NCBI GenBank assembly: GCA_963719315.1
Contig: CAVRBU010000001.1
Span: forward strand, 160,001 to 224,000
Reading direction: 5' to 3'
From: an uncultured Planctomycetota bacterium
GTDB lineage: Bacteria > Planctomycetota > Planctomycetia > Pirellulales > Lacipirellulaceae
Length of the DNA stretch: 64,000 nt
The notes under the pieces are model-generated. The model ran no database searches, was not told the origin of the DNA, and saw nothing but the letters and a program-made list of their open reading frames with translations. This document shows positions 42,140 through 52,483 of the stretch, in pieces. Both the position numbers and the translations under genes were made by a program. How positions within the stretch are numbered: position 1 is the first letter of the stretch; each line of letters starts with the position of its first letter.

Positions 42140-43069
42140 ATGTCGTTGGGTGCTTCCGAGATCGTTCGTTGCCCCGCCGAGCTGCGCGCGGAAGCGCTCG
42201 CTCTTGTGTTATGCGACCTAGCGCCGAGCCAGCGCCGCGAAATTGTCCGGCCACTGCTCAATGTGGAAGGGGAGACGGAACGAGGCCGCGAGCTGCTCTA
42301 TGTTGCCCGGCGCGGCGATGAGGTGCGCGGAGCCGCCTGGGGCCAGCGGCAGCCTGGCAACATTGTTGTGTTTTGGCCGCCACGGTTGGCCGCGGGCGAG
42401 AACGCGCAAACCGCGTATCCGCTGGCGGAAGCCGTCGTTCGAGAAATTGACGAATTGGCCTATGATGTGGCCCAAGCGCTCTTGCTGACGCCGGATGCTG
42501 AGACGGTAAACGTCATGCGGTTCGTGGGCTTTCGGCACTTGGCCGATTTATTGTATATGGCTTGCGAATCGGACCGCTTTCCGCTCAAAGCGCCGGAGCC
42601 GTCCGAAATAGAATTTGAAGAGTATAGAGGCACGCAACGCGGCCGGCTGATGCTGCTCGTCGATCACACCTACGAGGGTACGCTCGACTGCACGGCACTG
42701 AACGGCGCCCGCGACATACAGGACGTAATCAACGGCTACCAGGCCACCGGGGTGTATCGGCCGCAGAATTGGCACTTTGTGCGGGCACAGGGGAGAGATG
42801 TCGGCGTTTTGCTGTTGGCGGATCACCCCCAATCGCGGCAGTTGGAGTTGATGTACATGGGGCTCGTGCCGGAAGCTCGTGGTCGCGGGTGGGGCAGGCA
42901 AATTGCGCGGTATGCGCAGTGGTTGGGCCGCGGAGCGCACGTTGAGCGAATTCTCGTGGCCGTAGATGCGACGAATACGCCGGCCGAAGCCACTTATCGC
43001 AGCACGGGTTTTGAAATCTGGGAGCGCCGCTCCGCTTATTTGCGATTTCCGGCGAAGCCGCACGCTTAA
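42140..43069 (+). CDS. GNAT acetyltransferase (tandem GNAT, MshD-like fold)
   Basis: YMGLVPEARGRGWG, AVDATNTPA...Y...GF. Confidence 0.8.
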   Translation: MSLGASEIVRCPAELRAEALALVLCDLAPSQRREIVRPLLNVEGETERGRELLYVARRGDEVRGAAWGQRQPGNIVVFWPPRLAAGENAQTAYPLAEAVVREIDELAYDVAQALLLTPDAETVNVMRFVGFRHLADLLYMACESDRFPLKAPEPSEIEFEEYRGTQRGRLMLLVDHTYEGTLDCTALNGARDIQDVINGYQATGVYRPQNWHFVRAQGRDVGVLLLADHPQSRQLELMYMGLVPEARGRGWGRQIARYAQWLGRGAHVERILVAVDATNTPAEATYRSTGFEIWERRSAYLRFPAKPHA

Positions 43070-43320
43070 ACACGCGCGTAATCGCCGGACAGCGGGTGTG
43101 ATACTCGAATCGTCGCGATAAAACGCGGAGAATTCCAATCGCGATTGCCGCGCGCGGCTCGCATCGAGCGATGCAAACATTTTTTCCACGCGCAGTTCGC
43201 GCGTTGCGCAGAATATTTTTTCTTAAGGCTGGCTGGCCGCAACCCCAACGCAAACCGGTAGTTTGCGCGAGTCGGACGGCGAGCATCGACAACCTTTCCC
43301 AACAACTGAAGATAGCCCCT

Positions 43321-43348
43321 TTGACAGGCGTGCTAGCAAGCGTAAAAT
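43321..43348 (+). promoter_or_regulatory. Sigma70-type promoter upstream of dnaA
   Basis: TTGACA-N16-TAAAAT. Confidence 0.55.
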
Positions 43349-43622
43349 CGGCGACTCGCAGTCGATTGATGTTGCGTCGCGAGACGCACGTTAATTGCAA
43401 AAAGGGGTTGATTTACAGAAATTCGCGGTGCGGCTTGGGCGGAGATCGCCTTCGGCCACGACCAACTTGGTGTCGTGGAGGGCGGATTTCGCGAGCCGGC
43501 CTTTTCTCCAGTTTTGCGCAAGGTTTCTCAAGTGCTTGGCGGCACATTACGCCGCTGATTCGTCGTCATGAAGTCGGCGAAGCGCTCGAGGTATGCGCCG
43601 ACGGAGCTAACAGGAAGTCGTC

Positions 43623-45044
43623 ATGGAAGATTCTCAGGTCGCGGCGGCGTTGTCGGCACAATTGGCCGAAAGAATCGGCGAACAACGATTCGAGTTGTGG
43701 TTCGGCACACAGGCGGAGCTCTGTGTGGGCGGACTATCGTTGACGATTCGCGCGGCCAGCACGTTTGTGCGCGATTGGCTGCGGTCGCACCTGGCTGGCG
43801 ACATTCGCGCTTGTTGGGAAACTATTGTAGGCGGAACGGGTACGATTGAATTTGAACTCAAGCCGACGCAGTCTCAAGACTCCACGGCGAAGAGTGCGAC
43901 GGCCGTTGTTGCTTCATCGCTGCGGCCGATGAATCGCCGGTCGCAGCCCCGCCCAGAACATCCTTTCGTGACCGCCGACTTGGCGGCACTAGCAGATCCG
44001 CCTGGTCAGCGTTGGACTACTGGCCTGGCGGGTTTTATCGTGGGCGCAAGTAATGAGTACGCTTTTCGTGCGGCGGAGTTGACGGCGCGTGGGCGTCAGC
44101 AGGCTTCGCCGCTATTGCTTTGCGGGCCGACGGGCGTCGGTAAAACGCATTTGCTGCGGGCGATCCAGCAGGAGTACCGCCGACACCACGCTCGCGCGGC
44201 GGCCATCTACCTGACGGCCGAACAGTTCACGACGAGTTTCGTGGAAGCGATTCGCGTGAGCGGCTTGCCGAGTTTCCGGCAAAAATGCCGTGGGGCGAAA
44301 TTGCTGGTGATCGATGACTTGCAATTCTTCGCCGGCAAGCGGCGGACACTTGAGGAATTGCTGTATACGCTCGATACGCTCGCGGCCGACGGCCGGCAAA
44401 CTGTGCTGGCAAGCGACCGCGGCCTGGCTGAATTGCGAGCACTCGGGCCAGAGCTGATTTCGCGGCTTTCCGGCGGTTTGACCTGTGAATTAGCGCCACC
44501 GGAATTCGCGACGCGAGTAGGCATCGTGCGACAATTTGGCGAATTGGCGGGAATCACACTTTCGGATGAGGTGGTCACACTCGTCGCGACGCAGATTTCG
44601 GCCGGTGCTCGCGAACTGCGCGGGGCGATCCATCGGTTGCAGGCAATGAGCGCGGCATACAAGGAGCCGATTACGCGGGCCATGGCCGAGCGGGCGATGG
44701 TGGATCTCGCGCGGCACAACACGCGGTCCGTGCGGCTGGCCGATGTGCAGAAGGTTGTGTGCGAGGCGTTTGGAGTGGAAGCGGCCCAGCTTCGGTCTGA
44801 CCGCAAGGGGCGGGCGCTGGCCGAGCCGCGGATGCTTGCCATGTGGTTGGCACGAAAATACACTCGCGCGCCGTGGAGCGAGATCGGCCAGTTCTTCGGC
44901 CGGCAGAGTCATAGTACGGTAATTTCGGCCCATCGCCGCGTGGAGAAGCTGATTGCCGAGCAAGGGCACATCGGCATGGCGAATCAGGAGTGCCACGTGG
45001 ACGATGCGATTCGCCGGTTGGAGACGGCGCTGCGGACGGCGTGA
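43623..45044 (+). CDS. dnaA: Chromosomal replication initiator DnaA (divergent paralogue)
   Basis: FELWF (domain I), FIVGASN, Walker A GPTGVGKTHL, LLVIDDLQF, SRL..GL, RELRGA; domain IV PRMLAMWLAR..T, EIGQFFGRQSHSTVISA. Confidence 0.9.
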   Translation: MEDSQVAAALSAQLAERIGEQRFELWFGTQAELCVGGLSLTIRAASTFVRDWLRSHLAGDIRACWETIVGGTGTIEFELKPTQSQDSTAKSATAVVASSLRPMNRRSQPRPEHPFVTADLAALADPPGQRWTTGLAGFIVGASNEYAFRAAELTARGRQQASPLLLCGPTGVGKTHLLRAIQQEYRRHHARAAAIYLTAEQFTTSFVEAIRVSGLPSFRQKCRGAKLLVIDDLQFFAGKRRTLEELLYTLDTLAADGRQTVLASDRGLAELRALGPELISRLSGGLTCELAPPEFATRVGIVRQFGELAGITLSDEVVTLVATQISAGARELRGAIHRLQAMSAAYKEPITRAMAERAMVDLARHNTRSVRLADVQKVVCEAFGVEAAQLRSDRKGRALAEPRMLAMWLARKYTRAPWSEIGQFFGRQSHSTVISAHRRVEKLIAEQGHIGMANQECHVDDAIRRLETALRTA

Positions 45045-45100
45045 TGCGAACTTTGCGCGGATAATTCCCGGCGATGCGTAGCATCGCGGCTAATAATTCG

Positions 45101-48100
45101 CTACGAGGTTGTTTTGAGTCCGCTGGAACGGAACCAGTGCTGCGGCATCAGGCCGAAGGCGATGATCGCGAGTTGCGTAGCGGCGAATACCAGCAGCCAG
45201 GTGGCGGTGCTGCTTTCGGACGCGCCGTAGGCGTGTAGGCCAACGCCGTACTCGTTCACGCCGAAGTACGACCACGTGGTGACAATGTTACCAGCCACCG
45301 CGAGCGTCGCCAGGCCGCGGCCTTTCACGAGCCCGCCCCAGCGGGAGTGAAGCACGAGCGCATTCCAGAGCACGATCATCAGCGCTCCGTTTTCTTTCGG
45401 GTCCCAGCCCCAGAAGCGGCCCCAGGAGTCATCGGCCCATAGACCGCCGAGCACCGTGCCCACGAAGCTGAAGAAGATCGCGAAGCACAGCGTGCCGTAG
45501 AGCGTGCGGAGGACCTTGGATCGAGCGTCCTGGTCGAGGACCGGGATTACGTGCGTACACAAGATGTAGACGATGCCCCAAGCGCCGGCGGCATAGGTGG
45601 CGGCGTAGCCTAGGTTGATTGTGATCACGTGAGTGGCCAGCCAGAATTGCGTATCGAGTACGGCCTGCAGCACGATGAACGTGTCGCCATCGAGCGAAAG
45701 GTTGTATGCCAAGAACAGCGTGATGAAGCCTATGACCGAAGCGACGATATTTGCCAGGCCGAGTTTATGGATCGACTCAAGGATGAGCGACAGGAGCACA
45801 ACGGCCCAGCCAATAAAAATCGCGGTGGAATATAAATTCGTGATCGGCGGGCGGCCCGAAATATAAATGCGAGAGACCAGCGCGAATGTGTGCAATCCAA
45901 AAGTGAACCAGAGGAGCCAAATCGACGCTCGTCGAAGCGGCTGGGTCCAGCCGACCCACGACAGAATGCCCAGCACGAACGCGAATACGTACAACACGCA
46001 GGCGTAATAAAATGGGCTGAAGTGATTAAAAAAGACTTCGAAGCTGGCCTTCGACCGCGAGTACGTCTCAGATTTAGAAACGCCGGATTTTTGAAGTTGC
46101 TTGGCGTTCTCATTGAGCGATTGTTCGTACTGGGTCAGAATCGCGCGATAGTCTGCCAGCCCTTTGTTGAAGGAGGCGACATCACCCTGCGCGTAAGTCT
46201 GGAGCAACGATCCTAATGCGGGCGTGGCCGGATTGATTGGCTGCTTTTGGATGCGATTTACGAGCAGTTCGACTTCCGCCTGCATGTACGGCGACCAATG
46301 GCCATCGAAAGTCGTCGGTGGAACCGCGTAAGGTGGATTTCCGCGGCGTAATTCCTGTAGCAAGCGCAGGAGTTCGTCGGGCCCGGCGTTTGGCGGCGGG
46401 GAGCGGAACGAAACCACTAAAACGCGGTAAAAGTTATATTTTCTCGCGAGTTCCAGCACCTTGTTTTGAAACAGAGAGCGCGCCTTTTCATCCGTGGCGT
46501 CGGCCAGCTTGATCTGGCGATCCAGTTCGGTTCGGATGTTTTGGTCTTCGGGATCGGTGGCTTCTTTGGTCAGGATTTCATTCAGCGAGTAGCGCCAAAA
46601 CAAGGGGCGGCGCTCCAATCCAAGCGCGTCCAACAGGTCGAGGTTCTCGATGCGAAAGACGCAGTGGTCGGATGCGCCTTTACGCCCGAAATCGCATCCA
46701 TCAGCCATCGAATTGCTGGTAGATGCGAAGTGACTTCGCCGCTCGCGTTCGTGACGCCGACCTCTTGCCGGCCGGATAGGATTTGCAAACTATTGCGAGC
46801 GAGTGTGTCGTAGGGCTTGACTCGGCCTTCGTAGACAACCGGCAACTTGGCAAATTCATGGATTTGCATTTCGCTGGGCTTCGACTCCGGCAAGCGAGCC
46901 TTGCTGGCGATGTAACCGGCGAATACCAGCACTACCAATGCAGGGAACCACTTGGCTAGCGTGGGCCAGGCGATACCGGGGCCGGTAGTTTTCAACTCCC
47001 TCGGACGGCGGTTATTGCTCTTCTCTTGAGCGACTAGCTCGTTGGCCAATTGGTCTGAGTCTTCGACGCGGCGGCGCAAGAAACGGACCAGCATCACACC
47101 GAAATGGGCGAGCATGCCGATCATTACCAGCATGCAGGCTACGTAAGGCGTCATCCAACTGGGGTTCGTTACGACCTGCAACACAGTGGTGCGCTCGGTT
47201 CTCTTATCGTAGTCGGACTGATAAAACGTAGTGCCCGCATAACGCAGCGGGTTGTTCATCGAAATGAGTACCTCGCGATCGACATTGTGTCGTGGATCCT
47301 TGAAATCCACGAGGGAAGAATAGTTTTTGGGGGTCTCCGTGCCGGCGTAACGATCGAACCGAAAATCCTTGAGCGTTACTCCGAACGGATGGTAAATGCG
47401 CTCGTACCGCAACGCGAGATCGTAGCTGTGGCCGTCCACCTCCACCGGCTGGTCGATAAAATCTTGCGACACAAGAAACGTGCCGAGGGACTTGCCGGTT
47501 TTCTTCGACGTTAATTCGACGTATGCCGCCGAAGTATCGACTTTGTCGGCATTCTTGCCGACGCCGGTTGCGGGGGGCACGTCGACGGCGATCTGCCGCA
47601 AACCGAAACCGGCCGTCGCGGGGTTCTTCTCGCCGGCGGCCGGATCATGCAACTGCGAATTTTGCAGCCAGCTAAGCACCCGAATCGTAAACGGCAGATC
47701 AGCGTGGTCGATCGGTGTGCCGCCGCCGACATTTGCTTCGAGGATATGCTTGGGAACGACCGTGACGCGATCGATGTCGGCCGGCGAGTGGTCGATGACG
47801 GCCAATTCACTGGTGCGAATGTCACTCGAATAGTTGGCCGTCTCACTTTCGCCGATCACCATTTGCGATTCGACAGCCGCCACCGCGGTAAACAGCTCGG
47901 TCAGCATGATGAGTGCGATGCCGCCGTGCAGCAACACGATGCCGGCCCGCTTGCGGAACACGAGGACGCAACCAAGCAACAGCACGAGGCCGGAGGCCGT
48001 GCCCTTGGTGAGCTGCCAGAGAATGCGGATGCCGGAGTTATCGAGGCGGGCATCGGGGTGCGCAAGGAGCCACACGGTCAGAACGGCGAGCAAGATATCA

Positions 48101-48744
48101 ACGACGAGCAGGACTCGCCATTCGATAAGTTTCTGTTTGGACTGCGCATTCCAAAATGTCAGCAGGTACGCGCCGGCGATCGTAAGGGCCGCGAGCAGGC
48201 CGCGAAAACACTGCCATAGGAAATCGCAGAACGCCCCTGAGAGTTCACTCTCCATGCCCTGGTTCATGCCGCTGCGGATGACCAGGTAAGTGACGAGCAC
48301 GCCGGCTGCGATCGTGGCCAGGCCGGCGTAGAGTCGCTTGCCTTCGGCGGCGACTTTGAATCGCACGGCGTGGGCGGCCGCGAGGTTGGCGAGCAGGCAC
48401 AGGCCGAGCGTTTTGCCGCCGGGAAAGTAAAAGCCGCCTTGGAGTTTCCAATCGACGCTTTTGCGAAAAAGTTGTACGAGACGCTCGAACACTTGGAGAT
48501 CGACGCGGGCAAACCAGACGCGGAAATACGTGTCGTTTACGACCTGCCACACGTCGTGGTCTTTTTGGGCAAGCGTCCCGACGAAAATCAGGAAGATCGA
48601 GAGGGCAAATAGGACGACGGTCAGCCGGAGCGAAGCGAGCACAGCAAAGACGCGGCCGAACGTGAACTGGGCGGCGGAAACTTGCGATCGCGAATTGGCC
48701 GATCGAAGGATGCTTCTGGGCGGCGCCAGATCACTTGTGGCCAT
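45101..48744 (-). CDS. ccsA: Fused System II cytochrome c biogenesis protein (ResB/CcsB-like + CcsA; frameshift ~46678)
   Basis: LASLRLTV..GTLAQ, LLHGG, ISMNNPLRY.G.TFYQS, GRVKPYDT, GRPPITNLY, FWLATHV, LGGLWADDSWGRFWGWDPKENG (WWD domain), GLHAYG. Confidence 0.88.
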
Positions 48745-49951
48745 CGGTTGCTCCACCGCCGGCGGCGAACCGCAGCGACTTCAGAAAGGATTTGAATGCG
48801 TCTTCTTGGGCGGTGACGACGGCGCGGTCGCCTTTCAGTTTAATGAACCAGAGTTGGTCGCCGTTTTTGGCCATTGCTCCCAGCGTGGCCAAATTCGATT
48901 GCGACTGGCTCGCTTGCGTGGCGTCGGGCACTGCTCGCACATAGATCGCGGGTTGGCCGTCGATCTCGATTAGCTCGTTCGCTTGGGCGAGCTCGTCTTG
49001 CTTCAGGTCGTTGAGCCCGACCTCGCGACGCCAGCGGTTTGTGTTAGCGAGCGGGTCGGCGATCATCGAGCCTTCAGTAGTTGGAAAGTTGATAAGCGTG
49101 ACTTCCGCGCCGTGTTCCGCATCGCCGATTGCGAAGGCGGCTTTCCGCAGGCCGGCGACTTCCAATGGTTTCCAATCGGAAGGGGCGGTGTATTTGGGAG
49201 TGTTTACGGATGCCGTCGCGGGTGGAGCGACGGAGGGCGTCGGCGGTGCCGAGGAATCGATTGGTGGATGGCCTGGAGGAAGTTCCGGGAGCGCTGATCC
49301 GGGTGACACTCCGGGCGCGGCACCTAGGCCGGCGAACGGGGGCGACATGCCAGAACCGGCGAAGTGGCCGCGAAGGTCGACGAGCATCATGGGGTGGTCG
49401 CCGGCCTTTGACTCGTGGGTGCTTTCCGCAACTTGTGCCGCGCCGATGGACGGCAGTTGCAACTGGCCGCGCCATCGGTTCACGTTGCTGAGCATGTCGG
49501 CCGGCGTGCCGGACCAGGGGAGCGCGTTCACCGTGATTTCGAGCGGCTTGCCATCGGCGGGGACGATGATCGTCGCGAACCGCATCTCGTTGCCGGCGGC
49601 TTCCTTCCAGCCGGTGGGGAGTTGCCACTTGGGCTTGCCATCGTCGGCGAAGCGAACGCCGGCAAAGAAATCGTTGAATTCTTTTTCGAGTTTGTCGATC
49701 GCCGCGATCGGGCCGACGACTTTGAAGAACCATGCCTGGCTGCCGGTGGGTACGATGGCGGCCAGCATGCGGTCGGTCGGTTTGCCTGGCACGGCGGCCG
49801 GTGCGGCCTTGGCAACTTCGACCTTCGCTTCTTTGGGCACGGTGTAAGAACGAATTTGCTCGGGCTTCTGGCAGCCGATGGCCAACGTCGCCACGAGCGC
49901 GGTGAACAAGAGTGTAAGCGGCGTGCGTCGAAGCTGAACTGAGATCGCCAT
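48731..49951 (-). CDS. Hypothetical lipoprotein with two homologous domains, coupled to ccsBA
   Basis: Lipobox AIGC; repeated WFFK..GP / WFIKLKG and NVNRWRGQL / NTNRWRREV; Pro-rich linker with LPPGHPPI; overlaps the ccsBA start. Confidence 0.75.
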   Translation of the reverse strand: MAISVQLRRTPLTLLFTALVATLAIGCQKPEQIRSYTVPKEAKVEVAKAAPAAVPGKPTDRMLAAIVPTGSQAWFFKVVGPIAAIDKLEKEFNDFFAGVRFADDGKPKWQLPTGWKEAAGNEMRFATIIVPADGKPLEITVNALPWSGTPADMLSNVNRWRGQLQLPSIGAAQVAESTHESKAGDHPMMLVDLRGHFAGSGMSPPFAGLGAAPGVSPGSALPELPPGHPPIDSSAPPTPSVAPPATASVNTPKYTAPSDWKPLEVAGLRKAAFAIGDAEHGAEVTLINFPTTEGSMIADPLANTNRWRREVGLNDLKQDELAQANELIEIDGQPAIYVRAVPDATQASQSQSNLATLGAMAKNGDQLWFIKLKGDRAVVTAQEDAFKSFLKSLRFAAGGGATDGHK

Positions 49952-50110
49952 GCAACCGATGCGGCATTTCGACCGCGGAGAATGAAGAAATTGAGGCGGG
50001 GGCGGCCCGATGCACAGACTACGGTGAGTGCTAGTGCGAGGTTTGGCCGCTACTGCGAATTATAGCGAAATCGGGGCCGGGTGGTACCGCAGGATTTCCG
50101 TCGCGACGTT

Positions 50111-51679
50111 TTAACGTCCCAGGAAGGGATTTAGCACTTCCAGGAGGGTGCTGTTGATGCTCGAAACGCCCTCCCAGCTCCACATACTGCGGAGGAGATC
50201 GAACGTCATCATGCCGCACAGACCCAGCATGAGCATGCAGCTTGTGAGGCCCAAGACATTCCAAATGGAAAACGGCATTTCGGTGGCAGTGGCGACGCCA
50301 ACGGGCATCGCGCCAGGTGTTAGCCCAACGCTGCCGAAATCTTCAGCTGCCATACCGACATCGCCGAAACTGCTCGCAAGCGGCGCACCAGCGGCTTCCT
50401 CGCTGAGTTCGTCGAGGGCGATAACCTGGGAGCTGTCTTTTTCTTCGTCCTCATCGCCTTCACCCAACGGCGTAAGTTGGAAATCTTCGCCGACTTTTGA
50501 ACCCAAACCCAATCCTAAGGCAGAGCCGATGCCCGAAGTCTCGACGCCTAATTCGCTGCCCACCGATTCGCCCAAGTCGAGCGAGGAGCCGATCGGCGCC
50601 GAGCCGCTCAAGTCGAGCGACACCTCGTCGAGCGCCAAGCCGCTATCGGATGGCGAAATGATATTAATGCCGCTGCTCTCGCCGGAAAGCGTGACGTCGC
50701 TGCCGCTGCCTTCGCCGAGCACCTGGTCATCATCGTCATCGTCCAGTTCCAGTGCCGACAGGCCAGAAAGGCCGACGTTGCTAACACCGCTGCCAATATT
50801 GACATCTGACGTCGCGCCACTCATGCTGCTGCCAGTTGGAGCAAGGCCGATGTCGCTCAATTCGGCGCCCTTTTTCTTGGCGGCGGACTTGGCCGCACTT
50901 TGCGCCTTGGCAACATCTTTCGGCGACATGATGCGGCTCGATTCGGCTTCCAAATCGACCTCGAGTTCGTCGAGATTGTCGAAGTCACCAGAAGCACTAG
51001 GTAAGTCGAGCGCGAGTTCGTCCTCGTCGCCGCCAGGCACGAGGCCGGAGTCGGCGGCAGCTAGCTTGACGTCGCTCGCCGGACCAGCGCCTTTATCAAC
51101 CGGCGAGAGGTCCAGGTCTGCGTCGAGATCCAATTCAGCTTTGCCGATAATCGTGCTCGGTGGACGGTTGGACATGGCGCCGAGCTCTGCCTCGCTCATC
51201 AATATCGAATCGGTATTGAGATTGATTTCGTCGGCATCGTCCAATGCCAGCGCGTCGGAGCCTTCATCCTCGAGGCCTGCGACGGTTGGCTCATCGACTT
51301 CATCGAGACTGATGTCGCTGGCAGAGCCGGCCGCCATTTCTTCATTTTCCAAGCTGAGATCGCTGCTTTCTGGCCCGGAGGGCGACTCATCCTCCGCCAT
51401 TTCGAGGTCGATGCCGCTGACTTCGGCGGCGGCGGGCGAAGGGGGCACGTCCGCGCCGAGATCGTCGTCCGACAGATCGAGCGCGAGATCGCTGGCGCCC
51501 GGGTCGATGGTTGGAATGCCCTCGGCAGCCAGTTTGTCGATGGCTTCGCTGCGGAATTTCCAACTCGCGCCGTCGCGGTAGCCCGGAACTTTGTTGGCTT
51601 CGCGAAGCGCCAGTAGACGCTCCTTGGAGATGCCAAGTTGATCGGCCGCTTCTTCCAGGCTAATGAGCTTTTGTGCCAT
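50111..51679 (-). CDS. HTH (excisionase/MerR-like) protein with a long acidic low-complexity linker and a C-terminal TM helix
   Basis: LISLEEAADQLGIS...GYRDGASWKFR; ~400 aa D/E/S/G/L-rich; FSIWNVLGLTSCMLMLGLCGMMTFDLLR. Confidence 0.8.
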   Translation of the reverse strand: MAQKLISLEEAADQLGISKERLLALREANKVPGYRDGASWKFRSEAIDKLAAEGIPTIDPGASDLALDLSDDDLGADVPPSPAAAEVSGIDLEMAEDESPSGPESSDLSLENEEMAAGSASDISLDEVDEPTVAGLEDEGSDALALDDADEINLNTDSILMSEAELGAMSNRPPSTIIGKAELDLDADLDLSPVDKGAGPASDVKLAAADSGLVPGGDEDELALDLPSASGDFDNLDELEVDLEAESSRIMSPKDVAKAQSAAKSAAKKKGAELSDIGLAPTGSSMSGATSDVNIGSGVSNVGLSGLSALELDDDDDDQVLGEGSGSDVTLSGESSGINIISPSDSGLALDEVSLDLSGSAPIGSSLDLGESVGSELGVETSGIGSALGLGLGSKVGEDFQLTPLGEGDEDEEKDSSQVIALDELSEEAAGAPLASSFGDVGMAAEDFGSVGLTPGAMPVGVATATEMPFSIWNVLGLTSCMLMLGLCGMMTFDLLRSMWSWEGVSSINSTLLEVLNPFLGR

Positions 51680-51760
51680 CGAAATCCTCGCGCTGTGCCG
51701 AGTTATCCGCCGCTGCATGGCAGAAGCGATTCGGCCGGGCGAGGAGATCGCCAGCGAAGG

Positions 51761-52102
51761 CTAGTGCTGCAGACCGTTGCGGATATCTTGCGGAAGCGGT
51801 TTGCCACTGTTGAATTCGATCATTTGCAAGTCCCAGGTGATGTTGCGGACGCTCTTCGGCGTGATTTCGCCGGAGGCGCGGTCCACATGATAGACTGCCA
51901 TCACGCGCTGTCGCGGATCGATCACCGTTACCGTCAGCGGTCCGGCGTCGGTCGCCGAGACTTGGGTGAACAATTCGCTGCTACTGGCGTGTGTTGGCAA
52001 ATCGATCGTCGGGCTATGAGCGGGTTCGGAGGAACTCCGACCAGCCATCGCCCCAATCACGAGACTTGCTCCCAACAAGGCGCCGACGAACGTAATTCGC
52101 AT
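51761..52102 (-). CDS. Small exported hypothetical protein
   Basis: GAGGA RBS; signal-like N-terminus; VIDP....AVYHVD..SGEI..KSVRNI.WDL. Confidence 0.7.
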   Translation of the reverse strand: MRITFVGALLGASLVIGAMAGRSSSEPAHSPTIDLPTHASSSELFTQVSATDAGPLTVTVIDPRQRVMAVYHVDRASGEITPKSVRNITWDLQMIEFNSGKPLPQDIRNGLQH

Positions 52103-52420
52103 GGAATCCTCTTTTGGGCCGTTTTGATGGCCACGCGCTGAGGAATCCGGCGCCTCTAGTTCCATTCTAAAAGCACCGTATTCCGATTCAAGCTAAATCC
52201 GTCGCAGGCCAGTGGTTAGAATGCGGCTGTCGCACTTGCCGGTAATTCGGGCCCTGCGGTTTGCCCAGCGGTGGCGTAACGGACCGCTAGAAGGCAGCTT
52301 TCGGTCCGGCAAAATCGCCGGTAAGCTATGCCAAATAGGCGGTTACGTGCCGCTTGCCGGGGAGAGGAGTTTAGCCGCGGGCGGGTAAGCCAGCAAGGCC
52401 GCCGAGGGCTGGAAACTTCG

Positions 52421-52441
52421 GTAGGGTGGGCACCGCCCACC
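52421..52441 (+). repeat. GTAG-type REP palindrome
   Basis: GTAG-GGTGGGC-ACC-GCCCACC. Confidence 0.65.
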
Positions 52442-52483
52442 GCGGAACTTGACTTTTTTGGTGAGCGGTGCCCAATCCAACGC

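Noticed and set aside
43070..43622. oriC upstream of dnaA
   Set aside because: No cluster of canonical DnaA boxes or clear unwinding element seen; GC skew could not be computed
50148..51581. 477-aa Ser-rich ORF on the + strand
   Set aside because: Antisense shadow of the acidic HTH-TM protein (Asp/Glu codons read as Ser on the opposite strand)
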